64,000 nucleotides of DNA from an uncultured Bacteroidales bacterium (GTDB lineage Bacteria > Bacteroidota > Bacteroidia > Bacteroidales > JAADJA01): the NCBI GenBank assembly GCA_963840975.1, contig CAWJBC010000007.1, forward strand, positions 20,136 through 84,135, in the 5' to 3' direction. A model generated the notes under the pieces. The model was not told where the DNA came from. It did not search any database and saw nothing but the letters and a program-made list of their open reading frames with translations. Numbering within the stretch: the stretch's first letter is position 1; each line of letters begins with the position of its first letter. Shown here in pieces: positions 40,577 through 50,802 of this stretch. The position numbers were made by a program, and so were the translations under genes.

Positions 40577-42319
40577 ATGCTGACATTTGAAGAAACCGGT
40601 TTAGGTCCGGAGGTACTGAACGCAATTAATGATTTGGGATTCGTACATCCCACCCCAATACAGGAAAAAATAATCCCTGCATTGCTTACAGGTGAGACCG
40701 ATATCATCGGACTCGCACAGACAGGTACAGGTAAAACAGCCGCATTCGGACTTCCAATCATTGAACGCAGTGATCCTTCTTCGGACAAAGTGCAAACACT
40801 CGTTTTGTGCCCCACAAGAGAGTTGTGTATGCAGGTAAGCGGAGATTTGACCGATTATTCAAAATATGTGAAGAATTTCAAAGTTGTTGCTGTTTATGGC
40901 GGTGCCAGTGCTGAGCTACAAATTAAAAGCCTGAAAAGAGGATGCGACATTGTGGTTGGCACTCCCGGTCGGGCGCTTGATCTTATTCGCCGTAAGGTTC
41001 TAAACATCAGCTACATTAAATGGTTGGTGCTGGATGAAGCTGATGAAATGCTGAACATGGGTTTTAAGGAAGAGTTGGATTCGATACTCGAAACAACGCC
41101 TAAAAACAAACAAACATTATTATTCTCCGCCACCATGCCTAAAGAGATCAGGCAGATAGCCGGCAAATACATGAACCAGCCGGTTGAGATCACAGCAGGG
41201 AAAAAGAATGTCGGTGCTGATAACGTAAAACATGAGTTTTATTCTGTACAAGCAAAAGACCGCTACGAAGCGCTGAAGCGAATTGCTGATATCAATCCGA
41301 ATATTTACGGTATCGTTTTCTGCCGTACCCGCACCGAAACGAAATCAATAGCTGAAAAACTCATTGCAGATGGTTACAATGCCGATGCGCTTCACGGTGA
41401 TTTATCACAACCACAACGAGATTTTGTAATGAACCGTTTCAGGACTAAGTTTCTACAGTTGCTTATTGCTACTGACGTGGCTGCACGCGGACTTGATGTA
41501 AGCGACCTGACACATATCATTAATTATAACCTTCCGGATGAATTGGAAATTTATATACACAGAAGCGGGCGCACAGGCAGAGCTGGTAAAAAAGGTGTTT
41601 CCATATCAATTTGTCATTCAAGGGAGATGCGTAAGATCAGCGACCTTGAAAGGCTTACCGGTAAAAAGTTTGAAAAGAAACCCTTGCCCAATGGCAGGGA
41701 AATATGCGAAAAGCAATTGTTCAACCTGATTGATAAAGTTGAAAAGATTAAAGTGGATGACCAGCAAATTGATTCTTACCTTCCGGTAATCTATAAGAAA
41801 CTTGAGTGGCTGGGACGAGAAGATCTCATCAAACATTTTGTTTCGGTGGAATTTAATCGTTTCCTCGCCTACTACAAGGATGCACCAGACCTGGATGCAC
41901 CTGTACATGAAAAAAGGGAGAATGACACTTATAAACGGGGCAAGGCGAAAGAGTTTTCAAGATTTTTTATCAGCGTGGGTTCAAAGAGTAACCTGACTGT
42001 TCCCCGCCTTATCGGACTGATCAACGATTATACCCGTTCGCGCGATATTGAAATCGGGAAGATAGAGATCATGAAAAAGTTTTCCTTCTTTGAAATTGAC
42101 AAAGCGCACGAAAAAGATATTCTGAAAGCCTTTCAAGATGCGAAATATGAAGGCGGTACGGTGACAGTGCAACTTTCAAAACCTGACACCAAAGCACCTG
42201 ATACAAGAGAGTATAGCTGGAAAAAACCGGAAAGAGGTGGTTTCAGGGAAAGAAGCAGTTTCAGGGAAAGAAAAAAACAAGAGAGGGATACATCCAAAAA
42301 GAAAAGACGCAGAATGTAG
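40577..42319 (+). CDS. DEAD-box ATP-dependent RNA helicase (DeaD/CsdA-like with DbpA-type C-terminal RNA-binding domain and basic tail)
   Basis: Q motif (F..LGL...L.AI..LGF..PTPIQ), AQTGTGKT, PTRELC, DEAD (LDEADEM), SAT, HRSGRTGRAG. Confidence 0.9.
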   Translation: MLTFEETGLGPEVLNAINDLGFVHPTPIQEKIIPALLTGETDIIGLAQTGTGKTAAFGLPIIERSDPSSDKVQTLVLCPTRELCMQVSGDLTDYSKYVKNFKVVAVYGGASAELQIKSLKRGCDIVVGTPGRALDLIRRKVLNISYIKWLVLDEADEMLNMGFKEELDSILETTPKNKQTLLFSATMPKEIRQIAGKYMNQPVEITAGKKNVGADNVKHEFYSVQAKDRYEALKRIADINPNIYGIVFCRTRTETKSIAEKLIADGYNADALHGDLSQPQRDFVMNRFRTKFLQLLIATDVAARGLDVSDLTHIINYNLPDELEIYIHRSGRTGRAGKKGVSISICHSREMRKISDLERLTGKKFEKKPLPNGREICEKQLFNLIDKVEKIKVDDQQIDSYLPVIYKKLEWLGREDLIKHFVSVEFNRFLAYYKDAPDLDAPVHEKRENDTYKRGKAKEFSRFFISVGSKSNLTVPRLIGLINDYTRSRDIEIGKIEIMKKFSFFEIDKAHEKDILKAFQDAKYEGGTVTVQLSKPDTKAPDTREYSWKKPERGGFRERSSFRERKKQERDTSKKKRRRM

Positions 42320-42435
42320 TCCAAAGATTGGGTTTCAGTAATATAACCGTTAAATCCATCTGTTTTTTCTGACGTCAATGACAATTATATTAGGCTAATC
42401 CCATCTACCTCCCCAACATCGGACGCGCTGTAAAA

Positions 42436-43080
42436 TCAACCTGGTTTTAGGCTGGGTTTAAACTCGGAAACTTTTTTCCAAATATCAGCAGCAATTGTTT
42501 CGGGAGAGCGATTACCATCAGTGATAAATAGGTTCTCTTTCAATTTGAGTAGTTCGAACGCTTCATAATATTTCGCTCTCACATTTCTAAGATTTTCTAC
42601 CGTTTCATATAGTTCCATTGAACTTCTGCCGGCATTAAGACGCTCCATACTGATTTCGGGGGAAATATCAATGTAAATATTCAAATCCGGACGAAGCAAA
42701 CCGGCGCTTAACGAATTTGCTTCGATCACCCAATCCAGCGGCATGTGCACTCCATGATAAGCATAAGAGGAAAAATAATACCTGTCGGTAATTACCGTGA
42801 AGCCTTCTTCCATCTTTTTCAGAATGCCATTTGTTTTGTTCAACAAATGATCAAGCCTGTCGGCAACAAAAAGCCCGGCAATGGTTCTGTGGTCAGCCTC
42901 TATTCTGTGTTTGAAGATGTTTCTTATAACAGAGCCAATAGGGCTGTCGGTTGGTTCAAAAGTATAATAAACTTTATGTCCTGCTTTTTTCAGAAAGTCA
43001 GTCAGCAATTTTACTTGTGAACTTTTCCCGCTGCCGTCAATACCTTCGAAAGCAATAAACAGATTTTTCTTCATTTTCAA
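42436..43080 (-). CDS. tmk: Thymidylate kinase
   Basis: P-loop FIAFEGIDGSGKSSQ and the DRY motif region (ITDRYYFSSYAY). Confidence 0.85.
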   Translation of the reverse strand: MKMKKNLFIAFEGIDGSGKSSQVKLLTDFLKKAGHKVYYTFEPTDSPIGSVIRNIFKHRIEADHRTIAGLFVADRLDHLLNKTNGILKKMEEGFTVITDRYYFSSYAYHGVHMPLDWVIEANSLSAGLLRPDLNIYIDISPEISMERLNAGRSSMELYETVENLRNVRAKYYEAFELLKLKENLFITDGNRSPETIAADIWKKVSEFKPSLKPG

Positions 43081-43231
43081 ATTAATAATGTGCGCTAATC
43101 GGGTGAGTATTCACCTGCAAAGTTACAAACTTTGGTCATTTGTTCATGTATTGGGATTCAAAGATAAAGTTATTGAATTCAGAATTGACCATGACTGAAA
43201 ACGTTGGTCGGTTTCATATTTTTTATTAAAT

Positions 43232-43253
43232 CTTCAAGCCAGGAGGCTTGAAG
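43232..43253 (-). terminator. Perfect 9-bp hairpin (CTTCAAGCC AGGA GGCTTGAAG) downstream of the DUF255 gene
   Basis: It lies 28 nt past the stop at 43281. An A/T-rich tract follows on the minus strand, but there is no clean U-run. Confidence 0.35.
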
Positions 43254-43280
43254 CAGACACAGTTGAAAATACCATTGTGT

Positions 43281-45395
43281 TTATAAAGCATTGATTTCCT
43301 GCAATGCTGCTTTAACTTCAGTTACGGGTAGCCTGCACGTTTTATTCCTGCACACATAAATTGTGGTTTGACCCGCTATCAATTTATCTGCCAATAAAGG
43401 CAATGTTCCTTCATTTTTCCCCCCGGAAAAAAACACGTTGGGCAAATAATTCATGTTGAATTCTTTCTGTATTTTTTCATATTCGTTTCCAACAATGGCT
43501 ACCTCAGCCGGCGGAACGGCAAACCATGCAAGTAAAATATCCCAGTTGGCATAATACACACCTCCTGTTAAAACATCCTGATGAACATTGTTCAGCATTT
43601 TTTTTGCCATTTCGACGTAATCATCATTATAAAAGTAATGTCCTAAAATAAATAAATTTTTTGCCATTTCTGAATTGGAAGATGGAATAACATTGTCGGG
43701 AACTTCCATTTTCCGAGCGATTAATGCCGGGTCAGTATCAGAAGTGTAAAAGAACATACCACTTTCATTATCATAAAAATGAGCAATTGCATAGTCATTA
43801 AGTTGTATGGCTTCTGCCAGCCATTTCTCATCAAAAGTAACCTGATACAATTCAATAAAAGCCGCAATGGTGAACGCATAATCATCCAGAAATCCATTGA
43901 TAGTAGCCCTACCGTTTTTATAGTTTCTATTTAATCTGTTATCGGGAGTTTTGATTTTAGTATTGATAAAACGAGCATTTTGTAAAGCAATATCCAAATA
44001 TCTTTCATCATCCAAAACCTTGTAAGCGTCAACATAAGCTTTAAGCATAAGCGCATTCCAAGAAGTGATAATTTTATCATCCAGGTCTGGTCTGACCCGT
44101 TTTGTCCGCTCAATTAATAAAATGAATTTGGCTTCTGAAATTTTCTCAGCCAGTTCGCTTTCCGTGATTCTATATTTATTCGTTATCGCCTTATCGGTAG
44201 AGGTTTTAAATAAAATGTTCTGGTCATTTTCCCAATTTCCACCCTTCTCAACATTGTAATAATCCATTACCAAATCAGCATTATCGCCTAATACTTTTTG
44301 TAATTCATTTTGGGTCCACACATAAAATTTTCCCTCCTCCCCCTCGCTGTCGGCATCCAATGACGAATAAAAGCCGCCTTCAACTGATGTCAATTCTCTT
44401 TGTATGAAAGCAAGGGTTTCAATAACAATAGTTTTGTATTTTAAATCTTTGGTTTGCTGGTAGGCAGCAGAATATAAACTAACGAGCTGCGCATTATCAT
44501 AAAGCATTTTTTCAAAATGAGGCGCCTTCCAATAGGCATCGGTTGAATATCGTGAAAAGCCACCCCCGATTTGGTCGTAAATGCCACCATCCGCCATTTT
44601 ATTCAGTGTAATGGTAACCGCTTGTAAAGCATCTGCATTTTGAGTAAGGTAATGATAATGAAGTAAAAACTGACAACCGACAGGCATTGGGAATTTTGGC
44701 GCTCCTTTGTGCCCGCCCTCACTGAAATCTATATTTCCTTTCCAGTTATCGAAAGCCGTATCTAAATCCTTTACTGAAAACTCTGTTTCATTTGTATTCA
44801 GGGTAATCATTTCACTTGATTGAACTCCTTTCGTAAGTGCATCTGCCTGTTGCTCTGTTTTTTCAGGATTTTCTTTGACAAAATCAGATACTTTTTTAAG
44901 CATATCCATCCATTGCGCAGGAGGGAAATATGTCCCGCCATAAACAGGTCGTCCGTCGGGTAAAGCAATACAATTCAGTGGCCAGCCTCCCCTGCCGGCA
45001 ATCATTTGAACCGCATTCATGTATATCTGGTCAATGTCGGGTCGTTCCTCCCTGTCCACCTTAATTGATACAAAATGTTCATTCATGTATCCGGCAATTT
45101 CTTCGTTTTCAAAACTTTCATGTTCCATTACATGGCACCAGTGACATGCGGCATAACCAATACTGATAATAATCAATTTATTTTCCTTGCGTGCTTTTTC
45201 AAGGGCTTCCGTTCCCCAGGGAAACCAATTCACCGGATTGTGCGAATGTTGCAGCAAATAAGGACTACTCTCATGGATGAGCTGATTTGTGTATTTATGT
45301 TCAGTAGAATTCATTATCATTTTTTTATCTTGTGTCTGACCACAGGTTGTTAAAAAGAATAAACAAAAAAAAGCAAAAAAATATATAATCTTCAT
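43281..45395 (-). CDS. Thioredoxin-domain protein of the YyaL/DUF255 family (N-terminal Trx-like plus six-hairpin glycosidase-like domain)
   Basis: The start is taken at [18 protein letters not shown] (lipoprotein signal, ATG 45395). Motif [20 protein letters not shown]. Confidence 0.8.
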   Translation of the reverse strand: MKIIYFFAFFCLFFLTTCGQTQDKKMIMNSTEHKYTNQLIHESSPYLLQHSHNPVNWFPWGTEALEKARKENKLIIISIGYAACHWCHVMEHESFENEEIAGYMNEHFVSIKVDREERPDIDQIYMNAVQMIAGRGGWPLNCIALPDGRPVYGGTYFPPAQWMDMLKKVSDFVKENPEKTEQQADALTKGVQSSEMITLNTNETEFSVKDLDTAFDNWKGNIDFSEGGHKGAPKFPMPVGCQFLLHYHYLTQNADALQAVTITLNKMADGGIYDQIGGGFSRYSTDAYWKAPHFEKMLYDNAQLVSLYSAAYQQTKDLKYKTIVIETLAFIQRELTSVEGGFYSSLDADSEGEEGKFYVWTQNELQKVLGDNADLVMDYYNVEKGGNWENDQNILFKTSTDKAITNKYRITESELAEKISEAKFILLIERTKRVRPDLDDKIITSWNALMLKAYVDAYKVLDDERYLDIALQNARFINTKIKTPDNRLNRNYKNGRATINGFLDDYAFTIAAFIELYQVTFDEKWLAEAIQLNDYAIAHFYDNESGMFFYTSDTDPALIARKMEVPDNVIPSSNSEMAKNLFILGHYFYNDDYVEMAKKMLNNVHQDVLTGGVYYANWDILLAWFAVPPAEVAIVGNEYEKIQKEFNMNYLPNVFFSGGKNEGTLPLLADKLIAGQTTIYVCRNKTCRLPVTEVKAALQEINAL

Positions 45396-45553
45396 AAGTG
45401 TTGTAATATAGACAAATTTCAGGTGGCTGACACCAAGCACTAACAATTCCTCCCTTAAAAAATAGAAGTATCGCATTCTGATGAGATGGTTGTGTGGGTA
45501 CAAACCGACTTACTAAAAGATTAAAAAGGGAACAACGAGAGTTGAAAAAAGTT

Positions 45554-46288
45554 TTATCTGTGATGGTTTGAAGCAAACTTAAAGTTGCTGCAGGCTATTC
45601 TTGCCTTGTTTCTTAGAGGGCGTTTGGCAAAACTTGGTACATAATATGTCAAACCAAGGTTGAGATAGGTGTAGTAATCATAGTTGCCGTTATTCTTAAG
45701 TCCATCCAGTTTGTCATTCTGGCATTGGCGCAAACTTAATCCGGCTGAAATACTCAAATTGCTTCCGATGATATAATGCGCTCCGCCCCCTGCGAATAAA
45801 ACGAATTCTGGTACTCCTGAAGAATATGTTTGGGTTGATATTTTTCCTTCCACATTTTTTTGGGTAGTTGTGGTAAACAGAAATTGCCCAATTCCGGCAA
45901 ATCCCAGCAGTCCGATCTTGTGTTCACGATAGTTATTAAACAGGTTGATGAAGTTGATCCGAAACTGTAAATTGTATTCCAGCAGTTCAGTATTAAATGA
46001 AAGATTATCCTTGCTGCCTTTCAGGTTTCCGATTAATACCTGTCCCGAAACACCAAAAATGTTATTCAAATATTTGGAAATTATGGCTCCGTAAGCAGGT
46101 CCGCTTTCTCGTGTTATTTTTCCTTTGATTTCGTGATCATAAAGACTCAAATCGCCGTAGTATGAAGTATAACCATAATTAGCTGTAATTGCCCACCTGT
46201 CAAGAAATCCTGTTTTACGGATTCCTTCCCAATTTTGTGCTAAAACAGTTTCAGAGAAAATCAATAAAAAACTAATCACCGGAATCAT
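45554..46288 (-). CDS. Outer-membrane beta-barrel (porin-family) protein
   Basis: The start is taken at MIPVISFLLIFSETVLAQ (ATG 46288). It shows an alternating aromatic/hydrophobic strand pattern. Confidence 0.5.
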   Translation of the reverse strand: MIPVISFLLIFSETVLAQNWEGIRKTGFLDRWAITANYGYTSYYGDLSLYDHEIKGKITRESGPAYGAIISKYLNNIFGVSGQVLIGNLKGSKDNLSFNTELLEYNLQFRINFINLFNNYREHKIGLLGFAGIGQFLFTTTTQKNVEGKISTQTYSSGVPEFVLFAGGGAHYIIGSNLSISAGLSLRQCQNDKLDGLKNNGNYDYYTYLNLGLTYYVPSFAKRPLRNKARIACSNFKFASNHHR

Positions 46289-46533
46289 TCTATTAAAAAC
46301 ATGACAACTTTTCAAATCATGAACACTGGTTCTGAGGGGTTTATCCAATAAATGGAAAAAATTTCCCAATTTGCTTCTGCTATTCATCGCTCATCCTTGT
46401 TAAATTGCCTGACTTACGTATGTTTTCTCCAATTTGGCGTATTATCAGTTTGCCTATATGTGCAATTCATTTGCCAGTTATTGACTTCTGATTGTGGCTC
46501 ATAATAAAAATCCTGTAATCATATTATTTTATT

Positions 46534-46921
46534 GTGACTAATCATTCTGCAAACAATCCTATTTTGCTGGATTAAGAACCGCTTAAGTGGTATAGGGGAA
46601 ATAAGGTTTAAAGGGAATAAGTGTATCGGTTAAAGCAATCTGGTTAGGAAGTATTAATTTTAAACATGAGTCTTCTCCGAAAAGTGATTTATCGTCATTG
46701 CGAGCGTAGGCGAAGGCCAATCTTTTGTTGTTGGAAATCAACAGATTGCTTCGGGCTTCGCCCTCGATCAATGACGACCTGTGGTTGAATTACTTTTCGG
46801 AGTGGACTCAATATTAAACCAAAACCCGGTGTTTCCTCTATTCAATAGTACCCTTTATTCCTCCTCCTATTACAACCCTGCGTGTAGAAAATTTCCCTGT
46901 TAAAAATATACTGATTGGTTA
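46534..46921. ncRNA. Conserved structured intergenic element, copy B, interrupted by a nested MITE
   Basis: It has the same block order as 39638..39871. The arm sequences differ but can still pair (GGAAATAAGG / CCTTTATTCC versus GGGGTATA / TATACCCC in copy A). It ends 64 nt before ATG 46985. A 144-bp insertion sits in the apical region. Confidence 0.45.
46667..46810. mobile_element. Hairpin MITE-like element, copy 2 (same termini as 139..291)
   Basis: Left end TGAGTCTTCTCCGAAAAGTGATT, right end AATTACTTTTCGGAGTGGACTCA. The interior is self-complementary (TCGTCATTGCGAGCG..GGCGAAG / CTTCGCC..CTCGATCAATGACGA). Confidence 0.6.
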
Positions 46922-46931
46922 TTTTATTTCT

Positions 46932-46939
46932 TATTTTTG
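46932..46939 (+). promoter_or_regulatory. Candidate Bacteroidota -7 promoter box TATTTTTG
   Basis: It matches TAnnTTTG, 46 nt upstream of ATG 46985 and just downstream of element copy B. Confidence 0.3.
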
Positions 46940-46984
46940 CTTAAAGTAAAACAAAAGCAACATTTCAATCCAAATCAAATTGTT

Positions 46985-47908
46985 ATGAAAACACTGGTAA
47001 TTTTTAGCATCGTTATTCTGTTGGCGATGAAGGGATTTACACAGGAATGGGCTCCTGTTGGTGCAGCCTGGCACTATACTGAAAAATTCTCATTCTGGAG
47101 TTTAAATGATGAGGATTATATAAAATACGAATCAGAAAAGGATACGGTTTTCATGGGTATAAACTGTAAAAAAATAGTTAAGCGACATGATGTATATTGC
47201 TATCAAAGACCTGAAAATGAATTCATGTATTCAAATAATAACAAAGTATATTTTTATGATCCTTCCTTTAACGAATTCCAAATGATTTATGACTTTAACG
47301 CATCCCCGGATGAATCATGGGAAATCAGGATTTATGATATGCTTTATTCTGAAACTGATACGGTCAAAATTACCGTTGATTCTTCCAATTCAATCAACAT
47401 AAATAGCCAGAACCTAAAACGGCTTTATGTTACTTATGATTTTAATAATGAATCCATCATGCCATTCGTTTATCAATCAGTTATAATAGAATCCATTGGG
47501 GATATGACTTTCATGTTTAATTTCTTTCCCGAAAATGCTTTGGCTTGCGATGATAATGTCAGTGCTGGATTGCGATGTTATGAAGATGGCATACTTGGTC
47601 TTTATGAAACAGGAATAGCTGATTCCTGCACCTACATTCACGAATGGGTCGGAGTTGATCAAACCATGAAACCTAATTTAGATGTAGTTTTATTTCCCAA
47701 TCCGGCGAGCGACGTAATTACAATAAAACCAGGCACCCATGATATTGATTGGTTTAATTTGATAAACAGCAATGGGATTACCGTAAAATCAGGAAAATTG
47801 ACCAACCATCAGATACCCGTCAGAGAATTGAACAGGGGATTGTTCATCCTTGAATTATCGGATAGTAAATCGGGAGTTTTCGAGAGGCAAAAGATTTTAT
47901 TAAAATAA
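46985..47908 (+). CDS. Secreted T9SS cargo protein of unknown function
   Basis: Signal peptide (MKTLVIFSIVILLAMKGFTQ) and a type-A CTD (VVLFPNPASDVITIK ... GLFILELSD ... KILLK). Confidence 0.7.
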   Translation: MKTLVIFSIVILLAMKGFTQEWAPVGAAWHYTEKFSFWSLNDEDYIKYESEKDTVFMGINCKKIVKRHDVYCYQRPENEFMYSNNNKVYFYDPSFNEFQMIYDFNASPDESWEIRIYDMLYSETDTVKITVDSSNSININSQNLKRLYVTYDFNNESIMPFVYQSVIIESIGDMTFMFNFFPENALACDDNVSAGLRCYEDGILGLYETGIADSCTYIHEWVGVDQTMKPNLDVVLFPNPASDVITIKPGTHDIDWFNLINSNGITVKSGKLTNHQIPVRELNRGLFILELSDSKSGVFERQKILLK

Positions 47909-48050
47909 CCTTCCTTTATCGGATTGAATCCACTTTAAAAGTTATTATTTTCGCCAAAATTTCGAGGCAGAAGAGCGCCTTTGATTTGCAGATTAAAACT
48001 TCAACCCGGAATTCCTGAGGCAGAAGGTTTTTTCATTTTTTAGAAATGAT

Positions 48051-48932
48051 ATGGATTTTGAAAAACGGTGGTTCCAGTTTACCATTCTATTATTGCTTGC
48101 CTTCGTCTGGGGAAGTTCCTTTATCCTGATAAAAGTCGGGATGAAAAGCTTCAGTAGCGAACAGGCTGCTGCCGTTCGTATCTTGTTAGCATCGCTTGCA
48201 TTGCTTCCGCTATCCATATATAATTTAAAGCATTTAAAACGAAAAGACCTTCCGGCATTGCTTTTTACAGGATTTGTCGGCAGCTTTATTCCTGCTTTTT
48301 TGTTTACCAAAGCCCAAACCCATATTGACAGTGCTTTGGCAGGAATGCTCAATTCAATGACGCCCGTTTTCACTTTGGTGGTTGGGGTTATATTTTTTAA
48401 ATCGAGGTTCAAATTCGTACAGATATTGGGATTGTTCCTGGGATTTGCGGGTGCTGTAGGATTGATTATAGGCGGGCAGGAAATGGCATTTGGAGAAATT
48501 AATAGTTATGCATTATTGGTAGTCCTGGCAACTTCTTTATATGCCTTTAATATTAACATTGTCAAAACATATCTTACCCACCTGAACGGTGCACAAATTA
48601 CTTCATTATCGTTTATGTTTCTCAGCCCGGTGGCTTTGATTTATTTATTGACGACCGATTTTGAACCTGTATTTCAAAATCCGAACTGGCATATTCATTT
48701 TGCTGCACTTGCCGGACTTGGAATCATTGGGACTGCCTCAGCCATGTTATTAATGAACAGCCTCATCCGCAAGGTAACAGCGATATTTGCTTCTTCAGTC
48801 ACCTACATTATTCCAATTTTTGCCATCATGTGGGGATTTATTGACGGAGAAAACATCACCCTCCATCACTTTGGCAACATGCTTATTATTTTAATCGGGG
48901 TTTACCTGATCAACAGGAAAAGGGCAAAATAG
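48051..48932 (+). CDS. EamA/DMT-family transporter
   Basis: 293 aa with about 10 TM helices in two EamA-like halves (FVWGSSFILIKVG ...). Confidence 0.8.
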   Translation: MDFEKRWFQFTILLLLAFVWGSSFILIKVGMKSFSSEQAAAVRILLASLALLPLSIYNLKHLKRKDLPALLFTGFVGSFIPAFLFTKAQTHIDSALAGMLNSMTPVFTLVVGVIFFKSRFKFVQILGLFLGFAGAVGLIIGGQEMAFGEINSYALLVVLATSLYAFNINIVKTYLTHLNGAQITSLSFMFLSPVALIYLLTTDFEPVFQNPNWHIHFAALAGLGIIGTASAMLLMNSLIRKVTAIFASSVTYIIPIFAIMWGFIDGENITLHHFGNMLIILIGVYLINRKRAK

Positions 48933-48936
48933 CTGC

Positions 48937-48958
48937 TCTTCAAAAGGTGGTTTGAAGA
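48937..48958. terminator. Bidirectional hairpin between the convergent EamA and selD genes
   Basis: TCTTCAAA AGGTGG TTTGAAGA, an 8-bp perfect stem in the 76-bp convergent gap. Confidence 0.45.
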
Positions 48959-49008
48959 AGAAAAAGCGTCCGAAGATAATTCCGTAAATCTATTTGAACA
49001 AATTAGAG

Positions 49009-50142
49009 TCAAACAATATAAACTGATTTTTCTCCCGGGGCAATCACTTCTCCTACTACGCTGGTATATGAATATCCAGATTGTTTTAATTCTTCGATAA
49101 TACTATCCACATTTTCCGGTTTCACAGCCATTAACATTCCACCAGAGGTCTGAGCATCAGCTACGAGCATTTTATAGTTGTATTTCAAATCATGATCAAA
49201 GTTGACATCCTGTTCTGCAAATTCAAGGTTTCGGAAAGCAGCACCCGGAATACATCCCATTTCAATCAATTCAAACACTTTATCCAGAACCGGAACAGAT
49301 CGCGTGTTTATCTTTAGGGTAACCTTGCTTGCTTTTGCCATTTTGAGGGCATGACCCAATATTCCGAACCCTGTTATATCTGTCGCGCTTCTCACATTAT
49401 ATTTCTGCATCACGTCAGCAGCACTTCTGTTCAGGTGCTTCATGGTTTTAAGTGCAGACTGATATGTTTCTTCGTCGGCAAGATCATTTCTCCTTGCTGA
49501 AATAATTACACCTGTACCGATGGGTTTGGTAAGCAAAAGAACGTCGCCCGGTTGAGCGCCGGCATTGGTGATAATCTTTTCAGGATGCACCCAACCAGTG
49601 ACCGACAAACCACAGACCGGAACATCGTTGGTGATAGTGTGTCCGCCTACTATTACACCACCCGCTTCAACCACTTTATCCTGGGCGCCTCTTAATATTT
49701 CTTTTAAAACCTCCATAGGCAATGCCGCAGGGAACAAAATAATATTCAAAGCAGTAAGAACCTGTCCACCCATAGCATATACATCACTGAGGGCGTTAGC
49801 GGCAGATATTTGACCAAAATCATAAGGATCAGAACAAACCGGTGGGAAAAAATCGGTGGTCAGCACCAGTGCATAGTCATCCCGGATTTTATAGACTCCA
49901 GCATCATCATGGGTTTCGATATCAACCAATACATTTTCATTGGTTATTTTAGGAAGGTCAGCCAGCGCTTTGTTGAGTTCTGAAGCCGATAGTTTAGCGG
50001 AGCAGCCGCCCTGCTCAACGAGTTTAAGAAGGTCGAATTTTGAGTTCGAAGCTTGAGGTTCATCTCGCGTTGCGCGAGATGAAGTTGGTTCTGCGTTCCA
50101 GGTTTTGTGTCCCGGGTCGTGTGTTTCGGGTTCTGAGTTCAT
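49009..50142 (-). CDS. selD: Selenide, water dikinase (selenophosphate synthetase), Cys-type
   Basis: LVEQGGCSAKLS active-site loop with Cys (not UGA). AIR-synthase-like core (DDAGVY, TTDFF, DPYDFGQISAANALSDVYAMGG). It has a 35-aa low-complexity N-terminal extension. Confidence 0.9.
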   Translation of the reverse strand: MNSEPETHDPGHKTWNAEPTSSRATRDEPQASNSKFDLLKLVEQGGCSAKLSASELNKALADLPKITNENVLVDIETHDDAGVYKIRDDYALVLTTDFFPPVCSDPYDFGQISAANALSDVYAMGGQVLTALNIILFPAALPMEVLKEILRGAQDKVVEAGGVIVGGHTITNDVPVCGLSVTGWVHPEKIITNAGAQPGDVLLLTKPIGTGVIISARRNDLADEETYQSALKTMKHLNRSAADVMQKYNVRSATDITGFGILGHALKMAKASKVTLKINTRSVPVLDKVFELIEMGCIPGAAFRNLEFAEQDVNFDHDLKYNYKMLVADAQTSGGMLMAVKPENVDSIIEELKQSGYSYTSVVGEVIAPGEKSVYIV

Positions 50143-50185
50143 TGAATCTTTTCTATGATCTAAATCTAATTACTACCTATTAAGT

Positions 50186-50794
50186 CTACAAATTAACCAC
50201 TTTTCCAGCTTTCAGGATGCTGTCGAGTATCTCATACATGTTGGTAACCCTTCCAACTGCCAGTTGTTCAGTTTTTTCAAAGTAGTTGAGACAGGTTCCG
50301 CAGGTGATGATTTCCACTCCGCGTTTTTCAAGTTCGGTAAGGTGAACGAGCGCCGGTGCACCTTTCAAAACCAGGTTAATGCCTGCGTTCAGGAAAATGA
50401 TCTTTTGAGGCAGTACATCATATTCCTTAATTGTATTCAACATGCTGCCCGCCAGTACCAGACCCAGCTCATTATCGCCTTCGCCGATGCGGTCTTTTGC
50501 AAAAACGACAACATAACCCTTATCAACAGGAAGGGAGGTTTCGCAATAAGGTTCCACATCTGTCAGCACTGCTGCCTTCCCTGAATTATTCACAAGTATT
50601 TCAAACTCATTTCCATTTTTAGAATGTTCTGCTGCGATGCCATTGTCTTTCAGATATCGCATCACATTCTGAACTGCAGTTTCACTGTCGAGTATAACCT
50701 TTATTGAGCCATCACGTCCGAGTTCGTTTAATGCCTTTTTTGTTTCGATAAGCGGCATAGGGCATTTCTTTCCTTTTACATCAATTGTTTTCAT
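50186..50794 (-). CDS. yedF: Selenium metabolism protein YedF (TusA/SirA-like plus DsrE-like domains)
   Basis: MKTIDVKGKKCPMPLIETKKAL contains the CPxP motif. The C-terminal DsrE-like half lies between selB and selD. The start is taken at ATG 50794. Confidence 0.8.
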   Translation of the reverse strand: MKTIDVKGKKCPMPLIETKKALNELGRDGSIKVILDSETAVQNVMRYLKDNGIAAEHSKNGNEFEILVNNSGKAAVLTDVEPYCETSLPVDKGYVVVFAKDRIGEGDNELGLVLAGSMLNTIKEYDVLPQKIIFLNAGINLVLKGAPALVHLTELEKRGVEIITCGTCLNYFEKTEQLAVGRVTNMYEILDSILKAGKVVNL

Positions 50795-50802
50795 CAAATA
50801 TC

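Noticed and set aside
40480-40815. 111-aa minus-strand ORF over the start of the DEAD-box helicase
   Set aside because: It is antisense to the strongly supported helicase N-terminus (Q motif and Walker A) and has no independent support.
47993-48412. 139-aa minus-strand ORF
   Set aside because: It overlaps the 5' half of the EamA transporter gene on the opposite strand. Its composition is low-complexity, and the transporter frame has clear TM periodicity.
50059-50083. selD hairpin considered as a SECIS element
   Set aside because: There is no in-frame UGA upstream of it, and SelD here has Cys at the active-site position. It is kept only as a low-interest structural oddity.
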